Shown here: positions 20,722-32,182 of the stretch, one piece after another
How the letters are laid out: every line of letters starts with the position of its first letter
How positions within the stretch are numbered: position 1 is the first letter of the stretch
Assembly: GCA_963760795.1 (NCBI GenBank)
Contig: CAVXEP010000001.1
Span: forward strand, 64,001 to 128,000
Source: an uncultured delta proteobacterium
Lineage (GTDB): Bacteria > Desulfobacterota > Binatia > UBA9968
Length of the DNA stretch: 64,000 nt
Direction: 5' to 3'
Made by a program: the position numbers and the translations under genes
Notes under the pieces: generated by a model
What the model saw: only the letters and a program-made list of their open reading frames with translations
Databases searched by the model: none
What the model was told of the DNA's origin: nothing

Positions 20722-21360
20722 ATGAAAAACCATGGCTATCGCTTTACGAGTTACCATTGTCACTCTGGTTTTAACCGGACTTCTTTATCCGTTCGCAATG
20801 ACCGGACTCGTCTCAAGTGCTATTTCCTTGGCGCGCCAACGGCAGCTTGGTGACAGACGAAAAAGGGCAAGTCGTCGGCTCCGAGTTGATTGCGCCAGGG
20901 ATTTGTCAATCCGGCTTACTTTCAACCCCGGCCATCGGCGGCAGGCGAGAAAGGCTATGACGCGACCGCGTCGTCCGGCTCCAATCTCGGTCCGACTTCT
21001 AAAAAATTGCAGGATCGTATCAACGATGACCTCAAACGGCTGAAGGCAGAAAATCCGGACGCCGCCGGACCCATCCCCGCTGAGCTTGTTACTGCGTCCG
21101 CCAGCGGACTCGATCCCCATCTCTCGCCTGAAGCGATGCTGTGGCAGGTGCCGCGAGTTGCCAAAGCACGCGGTGTCACCGCGGATCGTGTAAAAGCCGT
21201 CGTCGAGTCGAATGTGGAAGGTCGGACCTTCGGCATCTTAGGCGAACCCAGAGTCAATGTGCTGCTGGCCAACATGGCGCTCGATCGGCAGTTCGGCAAA
21301 GCGACTCCGCTGCCTCCGCTGCGGAGAAGAAGCGCAAAGAAGCGCCGCGCCCCAAACTGA
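20722..21360 (+). CDS. kdpC: K+-transporting ATPase subunit C (frameshifted; 3' end uncertain)
   Basis: [37 protein letters not shown]. Confidence 0.9.
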
Positions 21361-21473
21361 CGATACGACGCGCCCGGGACCGGCGAGCGCCTTAGGCGCC
21401 GTGGGAATCAATATCCCGATGCTGCGGTTCGAGGAATATCAAATGATGAGATAGTGATTACGCAGCATCGCGT

Positions 21474-22633
21474 ATGAGCACGGAAAACATAAACGCCCGG
21501 AAGATTTTCTCGAGCTGGTCGAACGCGCGAAACGCGGCCGACTCAAGGTCTACATCGGCTCGGCCGCGGGCGTCGGCAAAACTTACCAGATGCTCGAGGA
21601 GGCGCATGCTTTGCAAAAGCGCGGCGTCGACGTCGTGTTAGGGTTCATCGAGCCGCACGACCGGCTCGATACTGCGGCGCTGATCGACGGGCTCGATGTC
21701 GTGCCGCGCCAGCGGGTCGAGTATCGCGGCGTGATTGTCGAAGAGATGGACCTGGACGCGGTGCTAAACCGGCGTCCGCAAGTGGCCATCGTTGACGAGC
21801 TGGCGCATACCAACGCGCCGTTTTGCCGCAATAAGAAGCGTTATCAGGACGTGTTGGAACTGCTCGAAGCCGGCATCAACGTGATCTGCGCCTTTAACGT
21901 TCAGCATCTCGAAAGCCTCAACGATATGGTCAAACAGGCCACCGGGGTAGTCGTCCGGGAGACGGTTCCCGACTCGATCCTCAAACGGGCCGACCAGGTG
22001 GTCGACATCGATCTAGCGGTCGAAGACCTCATTGATCGGTTGAAGGCCGGGAAAATCTACGCGCCGGACAAGGTCGGTTGGGCGTTGGAAAACTTTTTTC
22101 AGCCGGAAAAACTCGCGGTACTGCGGGAAATCGCCCTGCGCGAAGTGGCGGAAAGCGTCGATCGCGCGGTTTCAGCAAAAGCTGACGACCACGATGCCGG
22201 GCGCCGAGCTGCCGCGAGCGAACGAGTGATGGTTTGTCTACCCACTCGCCCGCCGCCTCACGGTGTGCTCTTGCTCAGACAGGGATCGCGTTTGGCCGGA
22301 CGCTTGAACACGGATTGGTTTGTTGTTCACGTGGAATCCAAAAGCGAAGCCGGCCACCGCATCGACGCGACGCTGCAGCGTCATCTGTTGGAAGACGAAC
22401 AAAGAGCCAGGGACCTGGGCGCCGAAGTCGTGCGGCTGCAGTCGGAAAAGCCGGTGGCGGCGCTTCTCGAATTTGGCCGCGACCATGGTGTCCGCCACAT
22501 CGTCGTTGGCCGTTCGCATAAACCCTGGTGGCGTCGTCTATTAGGTCAATCGCCGGTGTTTAAGCTGGTAACCGAAGCTGTTGGTTTCGATCTCCATATC
22601 GTGTCGTTAGAAGAGCAGGAGAGTAAGGAATGA
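21474..22633 (+). CDS. kdpD: KdpD N-terminal cytoplasmic module (KdpD + USP domains), stand-alone
   Basis: RGRLKVYIGSAAGVGKTYQML (5' frameshift), VDELAHTN, NVQHLESLND, LREIALR; no TM or kinase domain. Confidence 0.88.
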
Positions 22634-24487
22634 ACCTCTACAAAAAGCTCTTGCTGGCGCAGGCCCCGATCGCGCTGGCGTTGGTCATCCTGGGTGTTTT
22701 CTCGGTGGTGGCGATGTCGTATCTAGGCTCCCACTCACAGACGATCTTGAAGGACAATTACCGCAGCGTCCTGGCGTCGCAGCGAATGAAGGAAGCTATC
22801 GAGCGGATGGACAGCGCGGCGCTTTTTTTGGTGGCGGGCCAATATGAAAAAGGCGTCCAACAGGCGGCGAAATACCGGCCCATCTTCGAGGCCGAGCTCA
22901 AAGTACAGGAAGGCAATATCACCGAGGCCGGGGAAAAAGAGTTCACCGAAGGGCTGCGTGCCGCGTGGAAGGATTATCAGGCGAAATTCGATCGCTTACA
23001 GGGAACTCAGAATCTCGAGGAGACGCGCCGGGTCTATTTCGCCGAACTCGAAGCAGCATTCTATAAAGTCAAAGGCGTTGCTGACGAGATCCTGGCGGTC
23101 AATCAGGACTCGATGGTCCGCAAGAGCGATGCCGTGCGACGCACCGCGGAACGCATGAACGCGATAACCATCACGGTGGCGCTGGCGGCGCTGGCGCTGG
23201 GGCTTTTGGTCTCGACATTCTTGACGCGGCGAATGCTCCAGCCGCTCGCGGCGCTCAGCGACGCCAGCCGCAAGATCGGTGAAGGTAATTTCGACACCCG
23301 GGCGCATGTGCGCGGCAACGATGAATTGGCGAGCTTGGCCAGGGACTTCAACGCCATGGCGGTGCGTTTGGCTGAGTATCGCAAAAGCTCGTTGGGAGAT
23401 TTGCTGCAAGCTCACTTGAGCATGCAGGCGGCGATCGACAGCATTCCGGACCCAGTGGCGATTTTCAGCGTCGAAGGCAGCCTTCAAAATGTCAACCGTG
23501 CGGCGGAAACGCTGCTTGGGCTTAGAACCGATTCTTCGTCCAAAGACCCTCTCAAGGGCATCCACGCGTCGATCGGCGCGGTGATCGAACGGCTTCGCAG
23601 CCATGTCCTTAGCGGCAAGGGTGCCTACTCTCCCAGGGGGTTCGAGGATGCGGTGCAGCTCCCCACGCTTTTGGGTGATCGCTATTTCTTGCCGCGGGGG
23701 GCGCCGGTGTACGAGACCCGCGGTGTGGTTGTCGGCGCCACAGTGATCTTGCAAGACGTCACTCGCTTGCGCCGTTTCGAAGAGCTTAAAAACGACATCG
23801 TCGCCACCGTCGCCCACGAATTTCGCACGCCGCTTACCTCGCTGCGCATGGCGGTGCATCTTTGCACCGAGCAGGTGGCGGGTCCTCTCACCGACAAGCA
23901 AGCCGAACTGCTCCATGCTGCGCGCGAGGACTGCGATCGGTTACAGGGCATGGTCGACGATTTCTTGGATCTTTCCCGCATCGAATCCGGCAGGGTCGAG
24001 CTTTATTCGCTACCCACTGAAGCTGCCGGTCTGGTCAAGCACGCCGTGGAAAACTCCAAGGCCGAAGCGGACGTCAAAGGCGTTAGTCTGAGCGCTTCGC
24101 CTAACCTGCCTTTGGTAAACGTGTTGGCCGATCACGATCGCATCGGGCATGTGTTTTCCAATCTGATCGGCAATGCGATGCGACATACGCCGAAGGACGG
24201 CAGTATCGCAGTGGACGCGGTGCTCGCGGAAAACTCCGTTCGCTTTAGGGTCACAGATACCGGCAGCGGAATTGCCAAGGAATATCAAGCACGAATCTTT
24301 GAGAAATTTTTTCAAGTCCCGGACGCCGAGCCGTAAAGGTACGGGACTAGGCCTTTACATCGCCAAGGAAATTGTCCGCGCCCACGGCGGTGAAATTGGC
24401 GTGGAGAGCGAGCCGGGAAAGGGCAGCAGCTTCTGGTTTACCTTGCCCGCTGTAACAAATATCGCCTCGAAAGGAGTCCTGCCATGA
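22630..24487 (+). CDS. Membrane histidine kinase (TM, periplasmic bundle, TM, HAMP, PAS-like, HisKA, HATPase); frameshift near 24335
   Basis: [10 protein letters not shown]-box, NLIGNA, DTGSG; GTGLGL follows in the next frame; ATGA overlap with kdpD-N. Confidence 0.9.
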
Positions 24488-25125
24488 CGTTACCAAAGTC
24501 GCGGATTCTGGTTGCCGACGACGAACGCAATATTCGCAAGAATTTGGCAATGGTCCTGGAGGCCGCGGACTATTGCGTCGATGAGGCCAAGGACGGCGTC
24601 GAAGCGTTGGCGCTTTGCAAAAATAACCATCCGGACATCGCCTTCGTCGATCTTCATATGCCGAAGTTGGCCGGGCTCGAGGTGCTCGGGCATATCCGCG
24701 TGCTCAGTCCCAAGACAGCGGTGGTGATTATTACCGCCTATGGCTCGGCGGCCAACGCCGTGCAAGCCATGAAACTCGGCGCGGTGGAATTTTTGGAGAA
24801 ACCCTTCGACCCCAAAGTGATCGGGCTCTTAGCCGAGGAAATTCTTTTTCGCCAGCGACTAGGATCCGACATGTCATTCGACGATCTCATGCACTTGGCG
24901 GAACTCGCGCGCGAACGAAAAGCCAATATCGAGGCGCGCGGTTACCTCAAAGCGGCGATGTCGCAAGCGCTCGATCGGCCGGAGCCTTACTATTGGCTGG
25001 GTTTTCTCTGGGAGAACGAAGGCGACGAAAGGCGCGCCGTGCAGTATTATTATATGGCGATCACCGCGGATCATTCCTATGAAGCCGCGACGGTGGCCTT
25101 GAAGCGGCTCGGCAAGCTGCATTGA
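24484..25125 (+). CDS. Response regulator with TPR-like C-terminus, no DNA-binding domain
   Basis: ILVADD, VDLHMP, TAYG, KPF; tail [12 protein letters not shown]...AVQYYYMA. Confidence 0.85.
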   Translation: MTLPKSRILVADDERNIRKNLAMVLEAADYCVDEAKDGVEALALCKNNHPDIAFVDLHMPKLAGLEVLGHIRVLSPKTAVVIITAYGSAANAVQAMKLGAVEFLEKPFDPKVIGLLAEEILFRQRLGSDMSFDDLMHLAELARERKANIEARGYLKAAMSQALDRPEPYYWLGFLWENEGDERRAVQYYYMAITADHSYEAATVALKRLGKLH

Positions 25126-25135
25126 GCCTGGTGGT

Positions 25136-26509
25136 TCAGCTCTCGTATTTCTTTCGTTTGCGCCAAAGCGTCGAACTATCGATGCCGAGAATCGCCGCCG
25201 CGTCGTCCAAGGTCGGCGAGCGGCCGACGACGCGAGTGATATGTTCGCGCTCGATGTCCTCCAAGGAGAAGTTTCCGCCGACGTTGCGGCGCTTCGGCTG
25301 ACTTAACCCGCGCGGCAATGTGCGCGGGAAAGGCTTGCGGCTCGATTATCTTGCGCAGGCCAAAGGATCACCGCTCGTTCGACGGTGTTTCTGAGCTCGC
25401 GAACATTACCGGGCCAGTTATAAGACGTGAGGGCAACTTCCGCCGCTGTGCGATAACTCCGGCGGCTGGCGTCGTGCCGAGCGCGCGAAGAACAATAGAA
25501 AACGCTGCGCCAAACGCAGGATATCTTCGGGCCGTTCCCGCAGTGGCGGCAACTCCAATTCGATGACGTTTAGACGGTAGAGCAGGTCTTCGCGAAACAG
25601 TCCCTGGCGCATCAACTCTTCAAGGTCACGGTTGGTGGCGGCAAGTGTGCGAACGTCGGCGTGCCTGGTTTTGTTTTCGCCGAGCCGCTCGAATTCCTTT
25701 TCCTCGATGAAACGCAATAGTTTTGCTTGTAGGGATGGTGAGATATCGCCGATCTCATCGAGAAACAGAGTTCCCCCCTCGGCGGCCTCGACGCGCCCCG
25801 GCTGATCACGCACGGCGCCGGTGAAGGCCCCCTTTGCGTGGCCGAACAGTTCGCTGGTGAGCAACTCCTCGGACAAGGTCGGGCAATTGACTACAATGAA
25901 CGGTTGCCGGCTGCGCGGACTCAGCGAATGAATCCAGCGGGCGAGCACGCTCTTGCCGGTGCCGCTCTCGCCGCGAAGCAAAACCGGCGCGTCTGATGCG
26001 GCTACTTTCGTGGCGATTTCAAATACCGCGCGGACTTTGGGCGAGTCGGATTCCAGATCGGTCTCCGGCGCGGCCTCGCGCAGGCGGCCTTCCAGGTCGG
26101 TGAGTTGTCTTTTTATATCGCGTTGTTTGACGCTCTGATCGACGAGGTGGCGAATCTGCGCCGGGGTGAATGGCTTGGCGAGATAATCGGCGGCGCCGCG
26201 TTTAATCGCTTCGACCGCGCTGTCGATGGTTGCGTAGGCGGTCACTATCACCACCATCAGGTTAGGACAGTCCGCGATAAGTTTCGGAATCAGATCGAGA
26301 CCGCTCGATTGGCCGAGACGGACATCGAGGAACGCTAAATCGTAAGCTTGTTGGCTGAGCGCGTCCAAGGCGCCGTCGGCAGACGCTACCGCGGTTACCT
26401 GACAGCCGGCTTGTTCGAGACAAAACGCAAGAGTGGTACGAATGTTCTTTTCGTCATCGATGACGAGCACGCGAAGGTTTGTGCCGGATGTTGAAATGTT
26501 AGAGCCCAC
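25136..26509 (-). CDS. sigma54-dependent NtrC/AlgB-like response regulator (frameshifted near the 3' end)
   Basis: Receiver domain, [32 protein letters not shown], Fis-type [18 protein letters not shown]. Confidence 0.92.
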
Positions 26510-26647
26510 GTTGTCGGCCTATTGCGGCGCACTATGCTACCGCGGCGGCGTCGATGCAAGCGACAAAGTCTGCCAAAGAAATTGTCCAGCGCTCAGAAGA
26601 AGTATGGCAGTTACAGCTGCAATTCATATGGCATCGCTTCGCTTGGC

Positions 26648-26738
26648 GTTTCAAACGTTCCATGGGTTCCAAAGGTTCCGGATGTTGTCTCGGCATTCGA
26701 CGGTTGGACCGATTGGAACGTCTGGAACTATTGGAACC
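26648..26738. repeat. Inverted pair of 9-bp-period GTTCCA/TGGAAC repeats
   Basis: GTTTCAAAC GTTCCATGG GTTCCAAAG GTTCC ... TTGGACCGA TTGGAACGT CTGGAACTA TTGGAAC. Confidence 0.7.
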
Positions 26739-26777
26739 GGCGTCGTAGACGGCGTTGATGAATGCTATCATCGCCGA

Positions 26778-28016
26778 ATGTGGCATTCGATACCGCTGAC
26801 GCTTTTCTGGTTTGCGTATTTCGGCTCCCTGGGTGTTTTCTATCCTTACTTTGCACTCTATCTCCGTGAGAACGCCGGTTTGACCGGCACTCAAGTCGGC
26901 ATGGTGTTGGCGATCTCGCCGTTGATCGGCATGATTGCTCAACCGCTTTGGGGGCAGGTGGCGGATCGGACCGGCGCGCGCACGCGGGTGTTGGCGTTTC
27001 TCACGCTGGGGACGGCGCTTGGCTATCTCGGCCTCGGCGCGGCGACGAGTTTTCAGTCGATCTTGCTGGCGACCTCGGCGCTGGCGCTGGTCGGCACCGC
27101 GGTGTTTCCACTGATGACTTCGGTAAGCCTGGCGATCCTGCGCGATTCCGGGCGCCATGCGTTCGGCCGGGTGCGCGGCTGGGGCACCATCGGTTACTTC
27201 ATTCTGGTTCTGGTCTTTCCTTGGGCGCTCACCGTGTATCAGCCACCGGCGCAATCCGCCGTTGCCGCCGCCAACGTATCACAGCCTGGCATGGGCTTGA
27301 TGTTTCCGCTGACGGCTTCGTTAGTTTTCGTCGCGGCGCTAATCGCGTTCTTGCTGCCGCAGAAAGGCGCGGTGGGATGGCGTGCCGAACGCGGCGATTG
27401 GCGCGAGCTGTTGCGCAATCGGGCTTTTTTTCGCTTTCTCTGTTTTTCCCTGCTAGGCCACTTCCTCATGCATGGGCCGATGTGGCTGTTTCCGATCTTC
27501 ATCCGCTCCCGCGGCGGCGATTTAACGACGATCCGCAACATGTGGATTCTCATGCTGATCGTCGAAGTGCCGTTGGTCTTTCTCACCGGCAGCGGGCTGA
27601 AACGGCTGGGCGCGCGCGGTCTGTTGACCGTCGGCGTGACCGTGGGCGGCCTGCGTTGGATTCTGTCGGCGCTGATCACCGATCCGATGATTTTGTTCGC
27701 CGTCCAGGCGCTGCATGGTGTCATGGTCGTCGGCTTCAACCTTGGCAGCCCGCTCTACTTGGATGTGGTCGCGCCGGAAAAGCTGCGCTCGACGGCGCAG
27801 GGCATACTCTCCATGGTCGGCAGCGGCTTGGCCGGGATTCTATCGAACTTGACGGCGGGTTGGTTGGTCGATCGCAGCGGCACCGACGCGCTCTACCTAT
27901 TGTGCGGTATCGGTTCGCTGACTCTGGGGATTTTGAGCCGCTGGATTCTGCCGAATGTCGAACGGCGGCGGGAGGCACCGAAGGAGATCGTTCTCGCCAG
28001 TGAGACGATAACTTAG
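26778..28016 (+). CDS. MFS transporter
   Basis: About 12 TM segments; WGQVADRTG, FGRVRGWGTIG; likely start MWHSIP. Confidence 0.88.
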   Translation: MWHSIPLTLFWFAYFGSLGVFYPYFALYLRENAGLTGTQVGMVLAISPLIGMIAQPLWGQVADRTGARTRVLAFLTLGTALGYLGLGAATSFQSILLATSALALVGTAVFPLMTSVSLAILRDSGRHAFGRVRGWGTIGYFILVLVFPWALTVYQPPAQSAVAAANVSQPGMGLMFPLTASLVFVAALIAFLLPQKGAVGWRAERGDWRELLRNRAFFRFLCFSLLGHFLMHGPMWLFPIFIRSRGGDLTTIRNMWILMLIVEVPLVFLTGSGLKRLGARGLLTVGVTVGGLRWILSALITDPMILFAVQALHGVMVVGFNLGSPLYLDVVAPEKLRSTAQGILSMVGSGLAGILSNLTAGWLVDRSGTDALYLLCGIGSLTLGILSRWILPNVERRREAPKEIVLASETIT

Positions 28017-28104
28017 TGCGGAGGGCCTGCTGAACCTAAGCTTGTGTCACTACGCCGAGATCCTTCGCTGGCGCTCAGGACGACTCATCAGCGAGATGAG
28101 TCGC

Positions 28105-29062
28105 TTAATGCGGCAGTCCCGTGCCTTCCGGAACACCGAGCATGAGATTCAAATTCTGAATCGCCACGCCGGCGGCGCCCTTGCCGAGATTGTCCAGGCG
28201 CGCCATCAGAATGACGTGGCCGGACTGATGCGGCAGGACGCGCAGGGAAATGCGATTGGTGTCATTGAACTCTTGCGGATCGAAGCTCGTTTCGTCAGTC
28301 TCACTGGCGTCGGTGAGCGGTTCGACCTCAATGAAAGGTTCTTTGTCGTAACGCGCGGCCAATGCTTCCCACATCGCTTTGGCCGATCCGGCTTTCGGCG
28401 GTGAATTCGCCGGAAGCATAATTTGCACACGCATGCCGCAGCGAAACGGGCCCGACGTTGGGGAGAAACTGCGGTTCAACCTTCAACGCGCCGTAGCGCA
28501 TGATCTCCGGGATATGCTTGTGCAGCTTGCCGATGCTGTAGGGCGCCTCGTGGGGCAGATTGATTAATTTCTTTTTCGGATCTTCCCAGCGCTCGATCAA
28601 CGCGCGGCCGCCGCCCGAGTAACCCGACAGTGCGTGGATTGCCAGTGGTGTGTCATGCGCGATTAATTTCGCATCGACCAGCGGCCGGGTGAGCAAGATG
28701 ACAGCAGACGCATAGCAGCCCGGATTTGCCACCCGCTTTGCCTTGGCAATCCGCTGCCGCTGCCCGGCAGTCAATTCGGGCAAACCATAAACCCAGCTCG
28801 TCACTGACCCGGTGCGCCGTGCTGGCGTCGAGTATGCGCACCGGCGAGTCGGCAAGCCATGCCGCAGCTTCCTTCGCTGCGTCGTCGGGAAGGCAAAGGA
28901 GCACGATGGTCGCGTCTTGAGCGCGTTCTTTCGCGCCGCCGGGTCTTTGCGCAGCTCTTCAGGGAGTGTGATGACTTCGAGATCGTGACGGCCTGTGAGC
29001 CAGTCGCGAATGCGCAGCGCGGTGGTGCCCGCCTGGCCGTCGATGTAGATTTTGGCTGGCAT
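28105..29062 (-). CDS. argC: N-acetyl-gamma-glutamyl-phosphate reductase, type 2 (frameshifted)
   Basis: IYIDGQAGTT, LCLPDD, DASTAHR, ANPGCY, SGYSGGG, DNLGKGA spread over several frames. Confidence 0.9.
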
Positions 29063-29183
29063 TTGAGAGTCCTTCTGAAGCTTGAGCTCAAATCTTAGCA
29101 GAATTTCATTAACTTGAAATGGCGCAGGCAACTGACATATACGGATACGGAAACGTAACCCGTGCGAGTTGCAAGGAGGCCCT

Positions 29184-30260
29184 ATGATAAGTCTGGTTCG
29201 AATCTCGGCCGTCGTCGTCGTTTTGGTCCTGGTGTCATGGTCTAAGGACAGCCGTGCCGCGGAGCGCTCCACCGAGCAGCTCTATGCCACCCTGGCGAAA
29301 CTCCCTGCCGACCAGCGCGAAAAACGCATTGAAGAGGGCGCGCGCAAAGAGGGCAAGCTCAATTTCGTCCACACCTGGCGCGGCAAGAACGCGCGAGATC
29401 ATGTCAAGCTGTTCGAGAAGCGCTATCCCTTCGTGAAAGTCGACATGGGCGACTTGGGTTCGCAAGACGCCGCCGAGCGTTTCATCGCCGAGGAAAGCGC
29501 CGGGCGCCATTTGACCGATATCCTGACGCTCGGCGTTCCCGACATGGCGATAATCCTCAAACATAATTTCGTCGCCAAGTTTCCCACGCCGGCGACCAAG
29601 AAAATTTTAAAGCAGTATCAAAACTTCATCGATCCGGCGGAACGCTGGATTCCCTGGTACTGGGCCGAGCATGGCATTTCTTACAACACCAATTTGATCA
29701 AGCCGGACAAAGCGCCCAAGACTTGGTTCGATCTGTGCAAGCCGGAGTTTAAAGGGCAAGTATCCTTCGATCCGTCGGAGACGCGGTTTCTCGCCGGGCT
29801 GCATGTCATGATGGGCGAGGAGAAAACCAAAGAGTGGCTCAAGTGCATGGGACAGAACCAAATCATTATCCAAACCGGCCACACCCAGCGCATGGAGTTG
29901 ATGCTCACCGGCGACCATGCGGTACAGGGCGACAATTATTTCTACACCGGCGTCGAAGCCAAGCGCAAAGATCCCAAGGCGCCTTTCGCGATGGTACTGA
30001 CGGCGCCGATCCTGTCGTTTGCCGGCGGCATGATCATCAACAAGAACGCTCTGAACCCGTACGCGTCCGCGCTCTTTGTCGACTGGACGCTTTCGACGGA
30101 TAGCCAAAACATGATCAACGAAATTTTGCGCGGCCCACTGACGATCAAGCACCCGTATCTGCCCGATAACGTCAAGCTGGTGACCTATAACGTCGTTAGC
30201 GACGATATTACCAAGCGTTTACATGACGCCTGGGGCCAGTACATCGGCCGCATGAAATAA
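29184..30260 (+). CDS. Fe3+/thiamine-type ABC substrate-binding protein
   Basis: Signal peptide; EGARKEGKL, FEKRYP, YNTNLIKP...PKTW.DL; adjacent permease. Confidence 0.8.
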   Translation: MISLVRISAVVVVLVLVSWSKDSRAAERSTEQLYATLAKLPADQREKRIEEGARKEGKLNFVHTWRGKNARDHVKLFEKRYPFVKVDMGDLGSQDAAERFIAEESAGRHLTDILTLGVPDMAIILKHNFVAKFPTPATKKILKQYQNFIDPAERWIPWYWAEHGISYNTNLIKPDKAPKTWFDLCKPEFKGQVSFDPSETRFLAGLHVMMGEEKTKEWLKCMGQNQIIIQTGHTQRMELMLTGDHAVQGDNYFYTGVEAKRKDPKAPFAMVLTAPILSFAGGMIINKNALNPYASALFVDWTLSTDSQNMINEILRGPLTIKHPYLPDNVKLVTYNVVSDDITKRLHDAWGQYIGRMK

Positions 30261-30278
30261 CCTGCCTCATTTTCTATC

Positions 30279-32027
30279 ATGGCCGCCGTCGATTCACCGC
30301 GCTCGGGAGCCGGCTTCCGTCCGCCTTTGCTGAGCGCCGGCGGCATCGTGCTGCTTGGTCTCAGCGCTATTCTCGTCTACCAAGTTGCGGTTCCGCTGGG
30401 GCTAATCATTTGGACGAGCCTCAAAACCATTCGTCCCGGCGAGGCCGGCTTTTTGGATTTCAGTTTTACTTTGGCCAATTACAGCCGCGCCTACGGCATC
30501 GGCGAGTTTTGGCGGGCGAGTGTCAACACGCTTTACTTCGCTCTGGCCACAACTGTTCTGGCATTTATCTGGGGCACATTTCTCGCCTGGACTGTCGAGC
30601 GCACCAACACGCCGCTGGCGCGGCTGATCGGCCTGGTCACACTCGGCCGGATTATTATTCCAGGTGTGATCATCACGGTCTCGTGGATTTTGATGGCGAG
30701 CCCGAGCATTGGAATTTTGAATCACCTCATCGCTGCGCTGACCGGTGTAAGCAGATTCCTCAACATTTATTCATTCTGGGGCATGGTCTGGGTGCAGGCG
30801 CTGGAAATGACGCCGCTGGCTTATTTGTTAATGTCGGCGGCGCTGCAGTCCATCGACCCGCGGCTCGAGGAAGCATCGGCGATCGCCGGCGGCGGCACTT
30901 GGCCGACCTTTCGCCGGATCACTTTGCCGCTGGTCTTGCCGGCCGCGGCCGCGGCCGCTTTACTGTTGTTTATCCAAACCGTGGAGAGCTTCGAGGTGCC
31001 GCTATTGCTCGGCGGCCGCGCGCGCGTGTCGGTCTACACGACGGAAGTTTACTTCAACACCTCGCGCATGCCGACTGACTGGGGATTATCGAGCACCTAT
31101 TCGATGGTGTTGCTGCTGTTGGCGATGGTATTGCTCTTCGTCTATTTCAGACTGGTGCGCCACGGCGAGCGTTATCAGACCATCACCGGCAAGGACTACC
31201 GGCCGCGACGTGTTGATCTTGGTCGCTGGAAATATCCGGCTTGCGCGCTCAGCTTGCTGCTGATTTTTCTCATCACCGGGTTGCCGTTTCTCACGATGCT
31301 CTACGCGTCGTTCCTGCCGCGGTTTCAAGCGCCGACCGCCGAAGCCTTCCAGGCGATGACATGGATGAACTACGCCAACCTGCTCGCCGACGACGGCTAT
31401 GCCTTGAAACCACTATGGAACAGCACGCTGCTCGGCGTCGGTTCGGCGACCGCGGTGATGCTGCTGGTCGCCGGTATTAGCTATTTCGTGCATAAGACGC
31501 GTATCCGCGGACGGAAAATTCTCGACTTCCTTGGCTTTGCGCCGATCGCGCTGCCGAGCGTCGTGCTCGGCTCGGCGTTCATGTGGCTTTATCTGATCAT
31601 CCCGCTGCCGGTGATTGGCACGCTGAGCATTATTGGCTTGGCTTATCTGACGCGATATTTACCGTTCGCATTGCGCTTCGTCTCGACCGCCATGGTGCAA
31701 ATCCACGCCGAACTCGAAGAGGCGGCGGCGGTCGCCGGCGGCGGGTGGTGGAGAAATTTTTATCACATTTATTTGCCGCTGCTCCGTCCGGGACTCATGG
31801 CCGGATGGTTCTGGGTGATGGTGCACGCTTACCGCGAACTGACGATTTCACTCATGCTCGCGCGCTCGAATAATCGCACCGCCTCGGTGATCATCTTCGA
31901 CCTGTGGTCGAACGGTTCGTTTCAACAGTTGAGCGCCTTCGGCGTCGTCATGTTCACGCTGCTGATCGTGCTGGTGGCCATCGCGCAGAAGATTAGCAGG
32001 CGCTACGGCATACAGGAGCAGGTGTGA
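30279..32027 (+). CDS. FbpB-like ABC permease (duplicated domain)
   Basis: Two EAA loops (LEEASAIAGG, LEEAAAVAGG). Confidence 0.9.
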   Translation: MAAVDSPRSGAGFRPPLLSAGGIVLLGLSAILVYQVAVPLGLIIWTSLKTIRPGEAGFLDFSFTLANYSRAYGIGEFWRASVNTLYFALATTVLAFIWGTFLAWTVERTNTPLARLIGLVTLGRIIIPGVIITVSWILMASPSIGILNHLIAALTGVSRFLNIYSFWGMVWVQALEMTPLAYLLMSAALQSIDPRLEEASAIAGGGTWPTFRRITLPLVLPAAAAAALLLFIQTVESFEVPLLLGGRARVSVYTTEVYFNTSRMPTDWGLSSTYSMVLLLLAMVLLFVYFRLVRHGERYQTITGKDYRPRRVDLGRWKYPACALSLLLIFLITGLPFLTMLYASFLPRFQAPTAEAFQAMTWMNYANLLADDGYALKPLWNSTLLGVGSATAVMLLVAGISYFVHKTRIRGRKILDFLGFAPIALPSVVLGSAFMWLYLIIPLPVIGTLSIIGLAYLTRYLPFALRFVSTAMVQIHAELEEAAAVAGGGWWRNFYHIYLPLLRPGLMAGWFWVMVHAYRELTISLMLARSNNRTASVIIFDLWSNGSFQQLSAFGVVMFTLLIVLVAIAQKISRRYGIQEQV

Positions 32028-32089
32028 GGAATCTGTTTGTCGCTGGTCAAGCTGCAGACCAGCGCTTGGGTTGGCATGCATCGGGAGCC

Positions 32090-32182
32090 GTAGGCTTGGG
32101 TTAAGTAGCGCAGCGACAAGCCCAATGTTTTGAGGGTATCAATCCAAGAACGATGGGTATCGCAAAGCTCAACCCATCCTAC
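32090..32182. repeat. GTAG-type REP element supplying the Rieske gene stop
   Basis: GTAGGCTTGGGTT...AACCCATCCTAC; the CTA at 32179-32181 is the TAG of the minus-strand gene. Confidence 0.65.

Noticed and set aside
26433-26777. Long N-terminal extensions in the ORF track (also at 7453, 11885, 29272, 45819, 48878, 55578, 63246)
   Set aside because: They translate intergenic repeats or overlap neighbouring genes; internal starts match family N-termini better.
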